Below, piece after piece: positions 1 through 8,398 of a DNA stretch of 56,633 nt. The translations under genes and the position numbers were made by a program. The notes under the pieces were generated by a model. The model made no database searches and had not been told where the DNA came from. It saw nothing but the letters and a program-made list of their open reading frames with translations. The first letter of the stretch is position 1, and each line of letters opens with the position of its first letter. Source of the DNA: a virus (Duplodnaviria; Caudoviricetes); IMG/VR virus record IMGVR_UViG_3300034053_000043, positions 1 through 56,633 of that record. One strand, given 5' to 3'.

Positions 1-484
1 GATCAACGGCTACCTGGGCACGGTCGGCATGTACGCGCTGTCGGTGTCCGACGCGGTGATCCGCCAGCTCGAGGACAAGCCGGACCGGCCGGCGCTGCGG
101 GCTGACGACCTGCCGATCATCCGCACCTTCTATGCGGTCGACCCGGCCAGGGCCACCGTCTTCGAAAGCGATGTCTACAAGATGCGCAAGGAGGTCGAGG
201 CCATCATGAAGGAGGTGATGGCCAACGCCACCAACCCGGACCCGGCCAAGCAGCAGCGCTCCCGAGAACTGATGGTCGACGAGGCCGACAAGATCAAGGT
301 GCGCGGCATCGTGTCCGGTTCGGCCAGGGAGCTCGGCTCGCTCAACCAGCAGATCAGCCGGGTCTACTCGGACCCGAAGATGACGCCGGACGAGAAGCGG
401 GCCAAGGTCGACGAGTTGCAGCAGCGCAAGAACGCAGTGGCCAGGAAGGCGGCCACCGACCCGAAGGTGCGCGAGGCCTTCTAG
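1..484 (+). CDS. C-terminal fragment of large polyvalent (LPD38-domain-like) phage protein, 5'-truncated
   Basis: Frame is open from base 2 (INGYLGTVGM...LPIIRTFY...MTPDEKRAKVDELQ); resembles LPD38 C-termini. Confidence 0.6.
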   Translation, partial: INGYLGTVGMYALSVSDAVIRQLEDKPDRPALRADDLPIIRTFYAVDPARATVFESDVYKMRKEVEAIMKEVMANATNPDPAKQQRSRELMVDEADKIKVRGIVSGSARELGSLNQQISRVYSDPKMTPDEKRAKVDELQQRKNAVARKAATDPKVREAF

Positions 485-708
485 AGTCGGCCGAGAAACT
501 GCCAGGCGGCCTGCAGGTAGACCAGCGCAGCGCCCAGGCCGCCCAGCAGCATCAGAACGGTGGTGAAGCCGCTGCTGTCGTTCGACAGCTTGGACTTGGC
601 TGACACCCACCAGCCGACCAAGACCAGCAGCAGGCCCAGCGGCAGGGCCGGCGTGGCCAGCAGCAGCATGCCGAACACCACCAGGCCGAACGAGAGCGGG
701 AAGCGCAT
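481..708 (-). CDS. small membrane protein
   Basis: 75 aa with 2-3 hydrophobic segments, convergent with the upstream gene. Confidence 0.6.
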   Translation of the reverse strand: MRFPLSFGLVVFGMLLLATPALPLGLLLVLVGWWVSAKSKLSNDSSGFTTVLMLLGGLGAALVYLQAAWQFLGRL

Positions 709-789
709 CCGGCAACTGTAGCCGGGCCGCGGGGTGCGGTCAGTGCGGGCGGGGTGGATTGAGGGCCAACCACGTTACCGCTGGCGCCA

Positions 790-990
790 CCTGTTTACTA
801 TCGAATCGCAACTCGTTGATTCGTATGGGACTCAAAACAGCCATTGTGCGCGCACTTTCGGCCCCCTCATCGGTGATGCAACTGCTTGATTCAAAACGAG
901 AAAGTGGCGTTTTGCTGCGGGTTCTGATGGTTTGCAGCGGCAACAGACCTCGCCCTGGCGAAAGTCACTTCCTGTTTACTTGAAAGTCAC
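790..990. promoter_or_regulatory. attP-like region of the lambda-type integrase
   Basis: Two IHF consensus sites (809-821, 879-891; WATCAAN4TTR on - strand); direct repeats CCTGTTTACT (790, 971) and GAAAGTCAC (960, 982); close to int. Confidence 0.6.
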
Positions 991-1010
991 ATCAGGCCTC
1001 AAGCCAGGCA

Positions 1011-1304
1011 TCACAGATCAGCCGCCGGCAGAATCTGCATCCCCAGCCGGTGGGCAATATGAACCTCCAGGTGCGCGCCCTTGCTGCGCTCCCAGCCCGG
1101 CAGCATCACCAGCGCATCGCAGTCGCACAGCGCCTTGATGTCGGCCTTCATGCACTGCTCCCACGGCATCGAGCTGTCCGGGTTGATCTCGGCCGGGTTC
1201 ACCACCTCCAAGCCCTTTGCGCGCAGCGTCGCCGCCGCGGCGTGAAAGGCTGGAAAGTTCAGTTCCGGAAGGCCGCTCATTGGGCCGCTGATGTACACGC
1301 GCAC
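1011..1304 (-). CDS. DUF4406-family protein
   Basis: VYISGPMSGLPELNFPAF...VVNPAE...LPGWERSKGA motif; GTG start after GAAAGGA. Confidence 0.8.
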   Translation of the reverse strand: MRVYISGPMSGLPELNFPAFHAAAATLRAKGLEVVNPAEINPDSSMPWEQCMKADIKALCDCDALVMLPGWERSKGAHLEVHIAHRLGMQILPAADL

Positions 1305-1380
1305 GTCTATCCTTTCGTTTCGGCGCCGGGCCGAACAGAGGGTGATCAACCGGAGCTCCGCGGCTCTGCAAGCAGCATGT

Positions 1381-2442
1381 TCACGCCACCCGAACCCTGA
1401 TCGGCTCGATGCCGCGCGGGTCGGCGTACAGGCGAGCCGTCTTCTCGTCCGCGTGCCCAAGCAGGGCCTGGGTGTCGACGCCGCCCTGCGCCTCGTACAG
1501 CCGCTTCGACAAGCTGCGGATCTCGTGAAACGTCGGCGCTCCGTCATCGGCAATGCCGGCCAGCTTGCGGGCCTCGGTGAAAGCGTGGCTGATCCGGTCC
1601 GGGTGAACTTTCGAGCCCGCCGGCGCGTTGTTCCACGGGTTGATGTGGTGCACAAAGTAGCCGCTGACGACGCCGGTGCGGCGCTTCAGCTCGTCGGCCA
1701 GCGTCCAGCCCACGACATCGAGCCTGATGCGCAGCGGGATCGCCACGCGCGCCCCGGTCTTCGAGCGGGCGAACGTCAGCCACTCGGCGTCGACCATGTT
1801 GCGGTGCAGGCCGGCGATCGTGCTGCGGTCCGCCCCCGTGATGAGCGCCAGGCGCATCGCCATCGGCAACCACTCGGCGACCTCGGCCGCCTTGGCGTAG
1901 ACCTGAAGGAACGTCTCCAGCGTCAGACGGCCGCGCTTGACCTTGACCGTCGGCGCGCGTGTGACCGACGCCGGGTTCGACTCGGACCAGCCCAGTTCAA
2001 CAGCGTGGGTGAACACGTCGACCATCCGCGCACGCAGGGCCTGTCCGGACCGCAGTCGCCCGGCCTCCGTCTCGCGCGCCACGAGCTCGGCCACATCCCG
2101 CACCGTGACCTGACCGCATGCCACGCTGCCAAGTGCTGCGGCGATCTTCTTGTCGAGCGACCGGCGGCTCTTGGCGGTGTTCTTGTTGTCCGACCGCGGC
2201 ATCTTCTCCAGCAGTTGGGCGACGGTGCGATCCTGGCCCGCGATCCGCTCTGCCAGGCTCGGCCGCGTGTCCGACAGCTGCTGATTGGCCGACATCGCCT
2301 CGGCCTTGGCGAAGGCCAGCGCAACACGGCCGATGGGGAACACCCGGCCGTCGGGGTGGCGCCACACGTAGTAGCCGGGCCTCGGCTCGTACAGCCGTGG
2401 CGGCCAGTCCCGGCGCTTATGGTTTCGGCGCGCGGCGTTCAC
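1381..2442 (-). CDS. int: lambda-like tyrosine integrase
   Basis: N-terminus like the lambda Int arm-binding domain; TFHEIRSLS, LLGH and catalytic Y; GTGA overlap with xis. Confidence 0.92.
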   Translation of the reverse strand: MNAARRNHKRRDWPPRLYEPRPGYYVWRHPDGRVFPIGRVALAFAKAEAMSANQQLSDTRPSLAERIAGQDRTVAQLLEKMPRSDNKNTAKSRRSLDKKIAAALGSVACGQVTVRDVAELVARETEAGRLRSGQALRARMVDVFTHAVELGWSESNPASVTRAPTVKVKRGRLTLETFLQVYAKAAEVAEWLPMAMRLALITGADRSTIAGLHRNMVDAEWLTFARSKTGARVAIPLRIRLDVVGWTLADELKRRTGVVSGYFVHHINPWNNAPAGSKVHPDRISHAFTEARKLAGIADDGAPTFHEIRSLSKRLYEAQGGVDTQALLGHADEKTARLYADPRGIEPIRVRVA

Positions 2443-2642
2443 AGCCTGGCCGCCAGCGGGGTGTAGTCGGGCCGCGGCACTCCGACGCGCTCGGCGTGCT
2501 CCAGCACGTAGTAGTGCTTGCCGACCTTCTCGGGCGCAGGCTGGATCTCGCCGTCGCGCGCCCAGCGGCGCAGCGTGAACAGCGGCGGCAGCGGGTCGTA
2601 GCGCTTCTCGGCCCACTGGGTGAGCAGGATCTTCTTGGCCAT
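2439..2642 (-). CDS. xis: lambda-like excisionase
   Basis: LTQWAEKRY...TLRRWARDGEIQPAPEKVGKHY resembles lambda Xis; directly upstream of int. Confidence 0.88.
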   Translation of the reverse strand: MAKKILLTQWAEKRYDPLPPLFTLRRWARDGEIQPAPEKVGKHYYVLEHAERVGVPRPDYTPLAARL

Positions 2643-3334
2643 CACCGCCCCCTGATCATGGAGCGCAACTCGCGCTCGGCCGCGGATGCCTTCACGTCCA
2701 TCTGCACGAGCAAGGCCCGAATCTGTGGCGCGTAGATGTCGTGCTGGTCGAGCGCCCACAGCGCCCGGCCAGTGGCGCCGCAGGCTGTGCACAGCAGCAC
2801 CGGCGAGGTGTATCCACCATTGAATGACCGCCCGTCGCAGGCGCTGCACACGCTGTCGAGCCAGATCCTCATGGCCTTGGCAGCGATGCTGGCCACGATG
2901 TCAGGCTGAAGCCCCCAGCGCTTGATGAGGGCGAACTTCTGCGCGAATCGATGCACGGCCTGAGAGGTGCCATGCAGCGACTTCAGGTAGGACATCGCGA
3001 GCACGCGCGCCGTCTCAGCGCCAGCCCTGGCCGTGGCCGTGTCGGCCGCTGCTTCGGAGGTCAGGCGCTGCGCCATCTTCTCGTCGTTGGTCCGCTTGGA
3101 CGCGCGCATGGCCCGCAGCGAGCGCAACTCGAGATCGCGCACGTGCGCCAGCGCCATGCGGTAATCCCCCGAGGCCATGTCCCACTCGGCGGCCAGCCGG
3201 TAAAGCAGCACGCCGAGGGTTTCAGTGATCAGGCCGGCTGCAATCAGGTAGTCGACATCGACCCGCTCGGACGAGAGGTTCGATGCTCGGACGGCCTGGG
3301 TGTAGCGCTCGTCTGTGGTGCGTGCGTCGGTCAT
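2642..3334 (-). CDS. putative antitermination protein Q-like
   Basis: CxxC...CxxCxxxG zinc finger near the C-terminus; follows a nin-type gene. Confidence 0.5.
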   Translation of the reverse strand: MTDARTTDERYTQAVRASNLSSERVDVDYLIAAGLITETLGVLLYRLAAEWDMASGDYRMALAHVRDLELRSLRAMRASKRTNDEKMAQRLTSEAAADTATARAGAETARVLAMSYLKSLHGTSQAVHRFAQKFALIKRWGLQPDIVASIAAKAMRIWLDSVCSACDGRSFNGGYTSPVLLCTACGATGRALWALDQHDIYAPQIRALLVQMDVKASAAERELRSMIRGR

Positions 3335-3795
3335 GTGCCGATGGTCCTTTCCACAACGCGCCGCACGTCGGCGTCACCGGCCGCCATCTCGCGCAGCTTC
3401 ATCCTGGTCTGGTTGGCCCACAGCAGTTCGCACTCTCGGCGCTCGGTCTTGTTCAGCAGCCCGCCGCTGTCGACGCCCGCATGGCACCCGAGTACGAACG
3501 GACGCGGCCCGCACAAGGGCATCGACTCGGCGTCGCTGACCTTGATGCCCATGCCCTTGCCCTGGTTCGCGTGAGCCACTTGCGAGAAGCCCTGCACGCC
3601 ACACAGCGCACATGGAAGCGTAGCGACCAGCCGTCGATACGCCTCACTGCGCATCGGATTGGCCTTCGGCACCTGCACCACCATCCTGGCCTTGCCGTCA
3701 GCGATCAGCACGGGCTTTGCCGGCGTGCGTGGGCGCGGGGTGTAGGTGCTCTGCGTCGCCTCTCGGCGGGGCTGGTTGAATGTGCGGCGCTTCAC
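3331..3795 (-). CDS. DUF968/DUF1364-like HNH-related nin-region protein
   Basis: RSEAYRRLVATLPCALCG...AHAN...PLC..CH motif. Confidence 0.7.
   Translation of the reverse strand: MKRRTFNQPRREATQSTYTPRPRTPAKPVLIADGKARMVVQVPKANPMRSEAYRRLVATLPCALCGVQGFSQVAHANQGKGMGIKVSDAESMPLCGPRPFVLGCHAGVDSGGLLNKTERRECELLWANQTRMKLREMAAGDADVRRVVERTIGT
3407..3533. repeat. 127-bp exact direct repeat (copy 1)
   Basis: Identical to 56507-56633, with a mismatch at 3406/56506. Confidence 0.97.
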
Positions 3796-3998
3796 GTCTC
3801 AAACTCCAATTCGATCTGAGCCGGATCTGCCTCGGTGGGCTGGCGGATAGCTGCCGCCGCCCGCGTCCTCTTTGGCAACGTCAGGCCCACAGCTACAGCG
3901 CACTTCGGCCCGTAGCCATGCGTTACGCCAGTTGCTAACGATGTGGCCTTGAGGGCATAGCGCTTCACCCGCTTGCCGCATCGAACGCAGCGCATCAC
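3792..3998 (-). CDS. small zinc-finger hypothetical protein
   Basis: CxxC...YGPKC; overlaps its neighbours by 4 bp. Confidence 0.6.
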   Translation of the reverse strand: MMRCVRCGKRVKRYALKATSLATGVTHGYGPKCAVAVGLTLPKRTRAAAAIRQPTEADPAQIELEFET

Positions 3999-4447
3999 GC
4001 CTCTATAACCTCGTTGCGCAGCGCGTCAATGGCGTACTGCGGGACGATGTATCCAAGCCCGCGCAGCCACTCAAGCCGATCAGCGCAGTCGTTCGCGGTC
4101 TCGTCTCCGAATGTCTCGCCATCGAACGGCAGGCCAATCGGCCGACGCGGAATCAGGCGCAATGTGCCCATATGGACAATGTTATGCCACCACGACACGA
4201 AGCTCATCCACGGGCTGTGAACCGCTTTGCGCCAGCGCGACGGATAACGAATATCGCGTGCAGCACGATCCCAGTACGCGCCTGACCAGCGAAGCAGCCA
4301 CATCGACAGCTTGCAGCCCAACAGATCAGGCGCGGGGCCTATGATCATGCGATTGCCCGCGACGTGCGTTGTCCACCCGCCCGCTACGTCCTCATAGACG
4401 TACACATCGCAGCGCCAGTTCATGCTGCTCCATCGGCAATAGCTCAT
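3995..4447 (-). CDS. phage hypothetical protein
   Basis: ATGA coupling at both ends. Confidence 0.7.
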   Translation of the reverse strand: MSYCRWSSMNWRCDVYVYEDVAGGWTTHVAGNRMIIGPAPDLLGCKLSMWLLRWSGAYWDRAARDIRYPSRWRKAVHSPWMSFVSWWHNIVHMGTLRLIPRRPIGLPFDGETFGDETANDCADRLEWLRGLGYIVPQYAIDALRNEVIEA

Positions 4448-4752
4448 GCCAGCGCCCTTTCAATCCACGCGACAGCCTCGCCGCTCTTGATGTGCTTACC
4501 TGTCACGCGCAGCACGCGCCAGCCATCGAGCGTGAGCGCCGCGTACTTCTCGCAGTCCTGCTCGAATCCTTTGCCGCGCGTGTGCCGCCCTCCAGACCAC
4601 GTGCCGCCCTCTACCTCGACGGCTATGCGCTTCTCGGCGTGCGCAAAGTCGACCCGCCAGCGCCGGCCCTTGATCGGCGTGAACTCGCGCACGAAGCCGT
4701 CGAGCTTCAGCGCGCGGATCTGCTGCATCAGGGCTTCTTCTAGTGCGCTCAT
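4444..4752 (-). CDS. DUF559/Vsr-like PD-(D/E)XK endonuclease
   Basis: WRVDFA...IAVEVEGG...GRH...D.EKY....L.GWRVLR. Confidence 0.8.
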   Translation of the reverse strand: MSALEEALMQQIRALKLDGFVREFTPIKGRRWRVDFAHAEKRIAVEVEGGTWSGGRHTRGKGFEQDCEKYAALTLDGWRVLRVTGKHIKSGEAVAWIERALA

Positions 4753-4762
4753 CGGCTACGGC

Positions 4763-4799
4763 TGCGACTTTTCATGGTTGCGGTAATGACGTGTTGTGC
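4763..4799 (+). mobile_element. attI-like cassette entry site A
   Basis: TGCGACTTTTCATGGTTGCGGTAATGACGT-GTTGTGC; 32/33 identical to the reverse complement of 26519-26551; TAAN-N5-GTT geometry. Confidence 0.55.
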
Positions 4800-5326
4800 C
4801 GCTCGGGGTCCGCCGCCATGAATGCGGCGCGCTGCATCACGTCGATGGCGGCCACCGCGGCGGCGGCTCGCTCGGGCACGTCGTGCCAGCTCCAGCGCGT
4901 AAGCGGCGGCTCAGGCCCGCGCAGCGCCACGGCCGTGCGGTTTAGCAGGCCCGCCATGCGCTCGCGCAACGCCTCGTTCTCGTCCAGGTCGCGGCGCGCC
5001 TCCTCCAGCGCGTCTGCCGCCTCAAGCAGCAACCTGTCTTTGCTGGGCACCACGCGCACGCACGCCACTACATAGCCGGCAAACTGGCTGTCCGGGAAGC
5101 GTCGCTTGTGGTCTGCCAGCCATTCCCGTGCCTCGCGCTCAGGGCTCATCGTTTCCGGCCACGAGTAGGCCATGCAATAGCTGCCGTCTTCGGGGCTCTG
5201 CACGCGCCATTCGTCATACCCACTGCAGGCGCCGCGAAGTCGCTCCACCAGCGGCACAACTGGTCGCTCAACCGGAGTGCCGCCGGCATCCGGCTTCTGT
5301 TCGCGTTGCTTGGTCATGGGCGTCAC
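4772..5326 (-). CDS. hypothetical protein in a single attC cassette
   Basis: 184 aa; N-terminus encoded by the attC; coiled-coil C-terminus. Confidence 0.7.
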   Translation of the reverse strand: MTPMTKQREQKPDAGGTPVERPVVPLVERLRGACSGYDEWRVQSPEDGSYCMAYSWPETMSPEREAREWLADHKRRFPDSQFAGYVVACVRVVPSKDRLLLEAADALEEARRDLDENEALRERMAGLLNRTAVALRGPEPPLTRWSWHDVPERAAAAVAAIDVMQRAAFMAADPERHNTSLPQP

Positions 5327-5347
5327 CCGGTTACCTTTGCGTTCCTC
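5254..5347 (+). mobile_element. attC-like site
   Basis: GCACAAC-N5-GCTCAACC...GGTTACC-N5-GTTCCTC; GCGGCACAAC is the perfect complement of GTTGTGCCGC at 4793. Confidence 0.75.
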
Positions 5348-5535
5348 TCATCCGGCACAGCCCCGCCGAGATACCGACTCGGCATCCGCTCGCACAGACT
5401 GCGCGCCACTTCGCGCGGCGGCGCCGGGTAGGGCCAGCCGGCAACGATCAGCGACAGCCGCAGGTAGTCCCGGCACGATCCCGGCATCTCGATTCCTTCG
5501 TGGCCACCTGGGAGCTTCCAGCGGTCGCCGGTCAT
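5323..5535 (-). CDS. hypothetical protein
   Basis: Translationally coupled within the operon. Confidence 0.55.
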   Translation of the reverse strand: MTGDRWKLPGGHEGIEMPGSCRDYLRLSLIVAGWPYPAPPREVARSLCERMPSRYLGGAVPDERNAKVTG

Positions 5536-5798
5536 TTGCCATCCACCCAGCTTGGCGGCTTCGGACTATCGGCAGATACGGTTAGCACTTCATAGCTAGA
5601 GCCGGCCTGAGACACGATGCGCTGCTGTGTCGACCACTTCAGCGTCTGATCTGGCGTCATCTCGTCGGGGCAATGCTCAAGCATCAGCTCGTCGATCCGC
5701 GCCTGTAGGCGCTCAAGTTCATCGGCGATCTGGGTCTTCAGCCGAGAGCCAAACACCTCATCGCCTGGGATGCGCAGCCGCGCAACGATGTCGGTCAT
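5532..5798 (-). CDS. hypothetical protein
   Basis: MTDIVARLR...IDELMLEHCPDEMT; ATGA coupling. Confidence 0.6.
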   Translation of the reverse strand: MTDIVARLRIPGDEVFGSRLKTQIADELERLQARIDELMLEHCPDEMTPDQTLKWSTQQRIVSQAGSSYEVLTVSADSPKPPSWVDGK

Positions 5799-6229
5799 GC
5801 TGTCACTCCCTGCTCTTGCAGCCACGCGGCAAACGGCCTGCGCACGCACTGGTGAAACCGGCTGGCCGCAGCCGGATCGGTATCAAGCTCTTTGCGCGAT
5901 CCAATCTCGCACGCCTCAAGGATGTAATCGCGCGGATTGACGCCATGCGGAATCCACGCCTTGAACATCGGATCGTCATCGCGCATCACAGCCCACTTGC
6001 ACAGCGGCCCCAGCTCCTGCCATGCGTCAGGGCTCGACGCCTTCTTCGCTTGCACTGGTTGCTCGTCTTCGCCAATCTCAACCAGCACCAGCATGTAGCG
6101 CTTGCCCTCGCATCCGACGAAGCGGTCCAGGTCGGCGCGATCAGCAAGGCGCAGGGTGACGCGCGGGCCGCTGCGGCTGCTGTCGGAGTAGCCCGCGAAC
6201 TGGACTTCGCCGCTGTATGTTGGCTTCAC
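5795..6229 (-). CDS. phage hypothetical protein
   Basis: C-terminal CEIGSRKELD motif; coupled ORF. Confidence 0.7.
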   Translation of the reverse strand: MKPTYSGEVQFAGYSDSSRSGPRVTLRLADRADLDRFVGCEGKRYMLVLVEIGEDEQPVQAKKASSPDAWQELGPLCKWAVMRDDDPMFKAWIPHGVNPRDYILEACEIGSRKELDTDPAAASRFHQCVRRPFAAWLQEQGVTA

Positions 6230-6408
6230 CTGTCGCCCCCAATCGAATCCAGCTTCGCGCGCAGCGCATCAATCTCCGCATGCTGCCGCCTGACTTCAGC
6301 GGCAAGTACAAGCACGGCGCCGAAGACTCCGCGCTTTTGATCCACCGGGAGATTCTCCAGATCGTCGGCTAGCAAGAGAGCCTCGTCGACCGTGATTGCA
6401 GGACTCAT
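6226..6408 (-). CDS. hypothetical protein
   Basis: Coupled small ORF. Confidence 0.55.
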   Translation of the reverse strand: MSPAITVDEALLLADDLENLPVDQKRGVFGAVLVLAAEVRRQHAEIDALRAKLDSIGGDR

Positions 6409-7001
6409 GACTTCGCCACCGACTTAGGCAACTCGTCCTTTTCGAGCGTCTTTTTAAAGCCCACGTTGCCGGCCGTGTGGAACACGACAACGCCCTCTGG
6501 TCGCATGAATCCGGGCGCAGCGGCACTGCCTTCAGACGCGAGCCCATCGAGCACGGTATCGATTGCGGACGTGCGGAACGGCCCCCGATAAAGCACAGGC
6601 ACTAGCCCGCAGCACGGCGGCAAGACATCTTGCGTCCGCGTCACGCGCGGGTCAGCGGTCGGATAAGTCTTCGGCTCAGTCCCATGCAGTGCCCAGCGTT
6701 GCACGTTGAACAGGCTGAATCGCCTTTCCTTCAGCCCATAGCCGCGCTGGATTCCACATCCCCACCACTCGCCGAAGTGCCGACCTGGCCCAAGCGTCAA
6801 CAGCTCGTCGCGGTGCGCCTCCACCCATGCGGCAAAGCCAAAGTTGTCATCGGCCGGGGTAATCCAGCGCGTGCGGCTGCCGGCCAGCAGTGCGCCGTCA
6901 TCGCCGATGTACACCTGCGCGTTCGTGCCGTCGATCTTCTCGGTGACGATGATTTCGCGTGTCAGCCGAGCCATCTTCGGGAACTCTTGAAACTCAATCA
7001 T
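6405..7001 (-). CDS. RNA ligase-like nucleotidyltransferase (Rnl2-type adenylation domain)
   Basis: Motif I TEKIDGTN, FGEW, F.LFNV, EGVVV, terminal KK. Confidence 0.8.
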   Translation of the reverse strand: MIEFQEFPKMARLTREIIVTEKIDGTNAQVYIGDDGALLAGSRTRWITPADDNFGFAAWVEAHRDELLTLGPGRHFGEWWGCGIQRGYGLKERRFSLFNVQRWALHGTEPKTYPTADPRVTRTQDVLPPCCGLVPVLYRGPFRTSAIDTVLDGLASEGSAAAPGFMRPEGVVVFHTAGNVGFKKTLEKDELPKSVAKS

Positions 7002-7990
7002 GCGTATGCCCTCGCTGCCCATGTGTCGGCCTCGATCCGCTTGCCGGCCGAAAAGAACGGCTCCGGCTTGTCGATGTGAAAGCGCGGCTTCGGTGTAGGC
7101 GCAACCGTCAGCTTTGCGCGGCTCATGTCGACCGGGCCAGTCAGCTGCTTGAGTGATGCTTTGCCTTTGGCAGCCGGCAAAGCACGGTTGGTGCTGTTGA
7201 TCTGCTCGCGCGCCACGTCCACGTGCTCAGGCATGCAATAGCGGCGCCGAGCGCTGGCGCGTGCTGATGGATCCCTCAGCCCGAGGATCATTCCAGCCCT
7301 TGCCAGATCACAGCAGACGGTCGCAATCGTCGATGGACTGAGGCCCATTGCGTGAGCGAGCTGCACAAGATGCATGCCGGCCTGGTTCTGCGTCAGCAGA
7401 GCCATGACAGCCATCTTTCGGCCGTCTTGCTTGATCGATCCCTTTGCGTACACACCCGACTCCTGGTTGCGCTTCCTGCCTGCATAGATCCGCTTTTTCG
7501 GCGGCGGCTTGGGGGGCATATCAACACCAGCCGGCCAGCACAAAGTGATGGTGCCGCCCCTTGGCGCAGCTCTCTCTGTGCGCTGTATGCGGCCTTGCCT
7601 CGACAGCAGGGAAATTGCCATGCTGGCTGTGCGATAGGTGATGCCGGCTGCGCGCGCAAGCGTCTTGGTGTCCTCGCCGCCCTTGCATGCGTCGATCAAC
7701 TTCTGTGCAGTCGACTCGGCCAGGTAGAAGTGCCGCTTCTCACGCGCGTCTTGTGCGGCCAGGTAGGCCGCTGCCGCGTCTGCAAAGTCAAGCCCGAAGT
7801 AGCGAATGGCCGACGTGCTGCGCGTCATCGCGCGGACGCAAATCTTGGTCTTCGACTCGTTCAAGCTCCATCGCGTGGCGCGCTTGTCCTTGCCCGAGCA
7901 CAGTTCGGCAAGCGAGCACCCAGCAGGCCCGGCATCCGCCAAAGCCTTGATGACATGCGCTCGAATCCGATCCGCGCGATTTACTTGCAT
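6998..7990 (-). CDS. hypothetical protein with repeated winged-HTH-like segments
   Basis: Several HTH-like stretches (LARAAGITYRTAS, LAHAMGLSPSTIA). Confidence 0.55.
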   Translation of the reverse strand: MQVNRADRIRAHVIKALADAGPAGCSLAELCSGKDKRATRWSLNESKTKICVRAMTRSTSAIRYFGLDFADAAAAYLAAQDAREKRHFYLAESTAQKLIDACKGGEDTKTLARAAGITYRTASMAISLLSRQGRIQRTERAAPRGGTITLCWPAGVDMPPKPPPKKRIYAGRKRNQESGVYAKGSIKQDGRKMAVMALLTQNQAGMHLVQLAHAMGLSPSTIATVCCDLARAGMILGLRDPSARASARRRYCMPEHVDVAREQINSTNRALPAAKGKASLKQLTGPVDMSRAKLTVAPTPKPRFHIDKPEPFFSAGKRIEADTWAARAYA

Positions 7991-8112
7991 GCCCACGCCT
8001 GTGCCCACGCAAGCGCGTCGGCGGTTAGTTTTTGGCCCGCGTTGTGCTGGGCCAGGATGAGCGTCGCCTGTTGCTGCATCAGCAGCTTTTGCTTGTCGGT
8101 CAATTCCGCCAT
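7981..8112 (-). CDS. small hypothetical protein
   Basis: Short ORF overlapping the next start. Confidence 0.4.
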   Translation of the reverse strand: MAELTDKQKLLMQQQATLILAQHNAGQKLTADALAWAQAWACK

Positions 8113-8398
8113 GCCAAGCGTCCTTCGTACTCCACTGCTGTCTTCTTTGTTCGCCACCGTCAACACCCTCTCATCTAGCGCTCTGCCTTAATCCCTGACC
8201 TTTGGTGAGCGGACCCAGCCGTGCCTAGCTGAGCCTTCACTACTGACCTTCGGAGCCACGTAGACCCGCCAGCCGTTCGACGCTGGGGCGCTAGCTTCGC
8301 CACCCCGATCCCCTGCTTCCGCGTCTTGCCACCAGTAGGGGTGTCGTGTCCATGGTGCTGGTGCCTGCTTCGCGTCCACCATGGTCATCGAGATCGCG

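Noticed and set aside
1291-2466. 391-aa + strand ORF and similar long antisense ORFs (e.g. 22723-23922, 53245-54102)
   Set aside because: GC-rich shadow frames opposite well-supported genes
3361-3533. DGR template/variable repeat pair with 56461-56633
   Set aside because: No reverse transcriptase, mismatches are not adenine-specific, and the exact 127-bp match at the window end fits an assembly overlap
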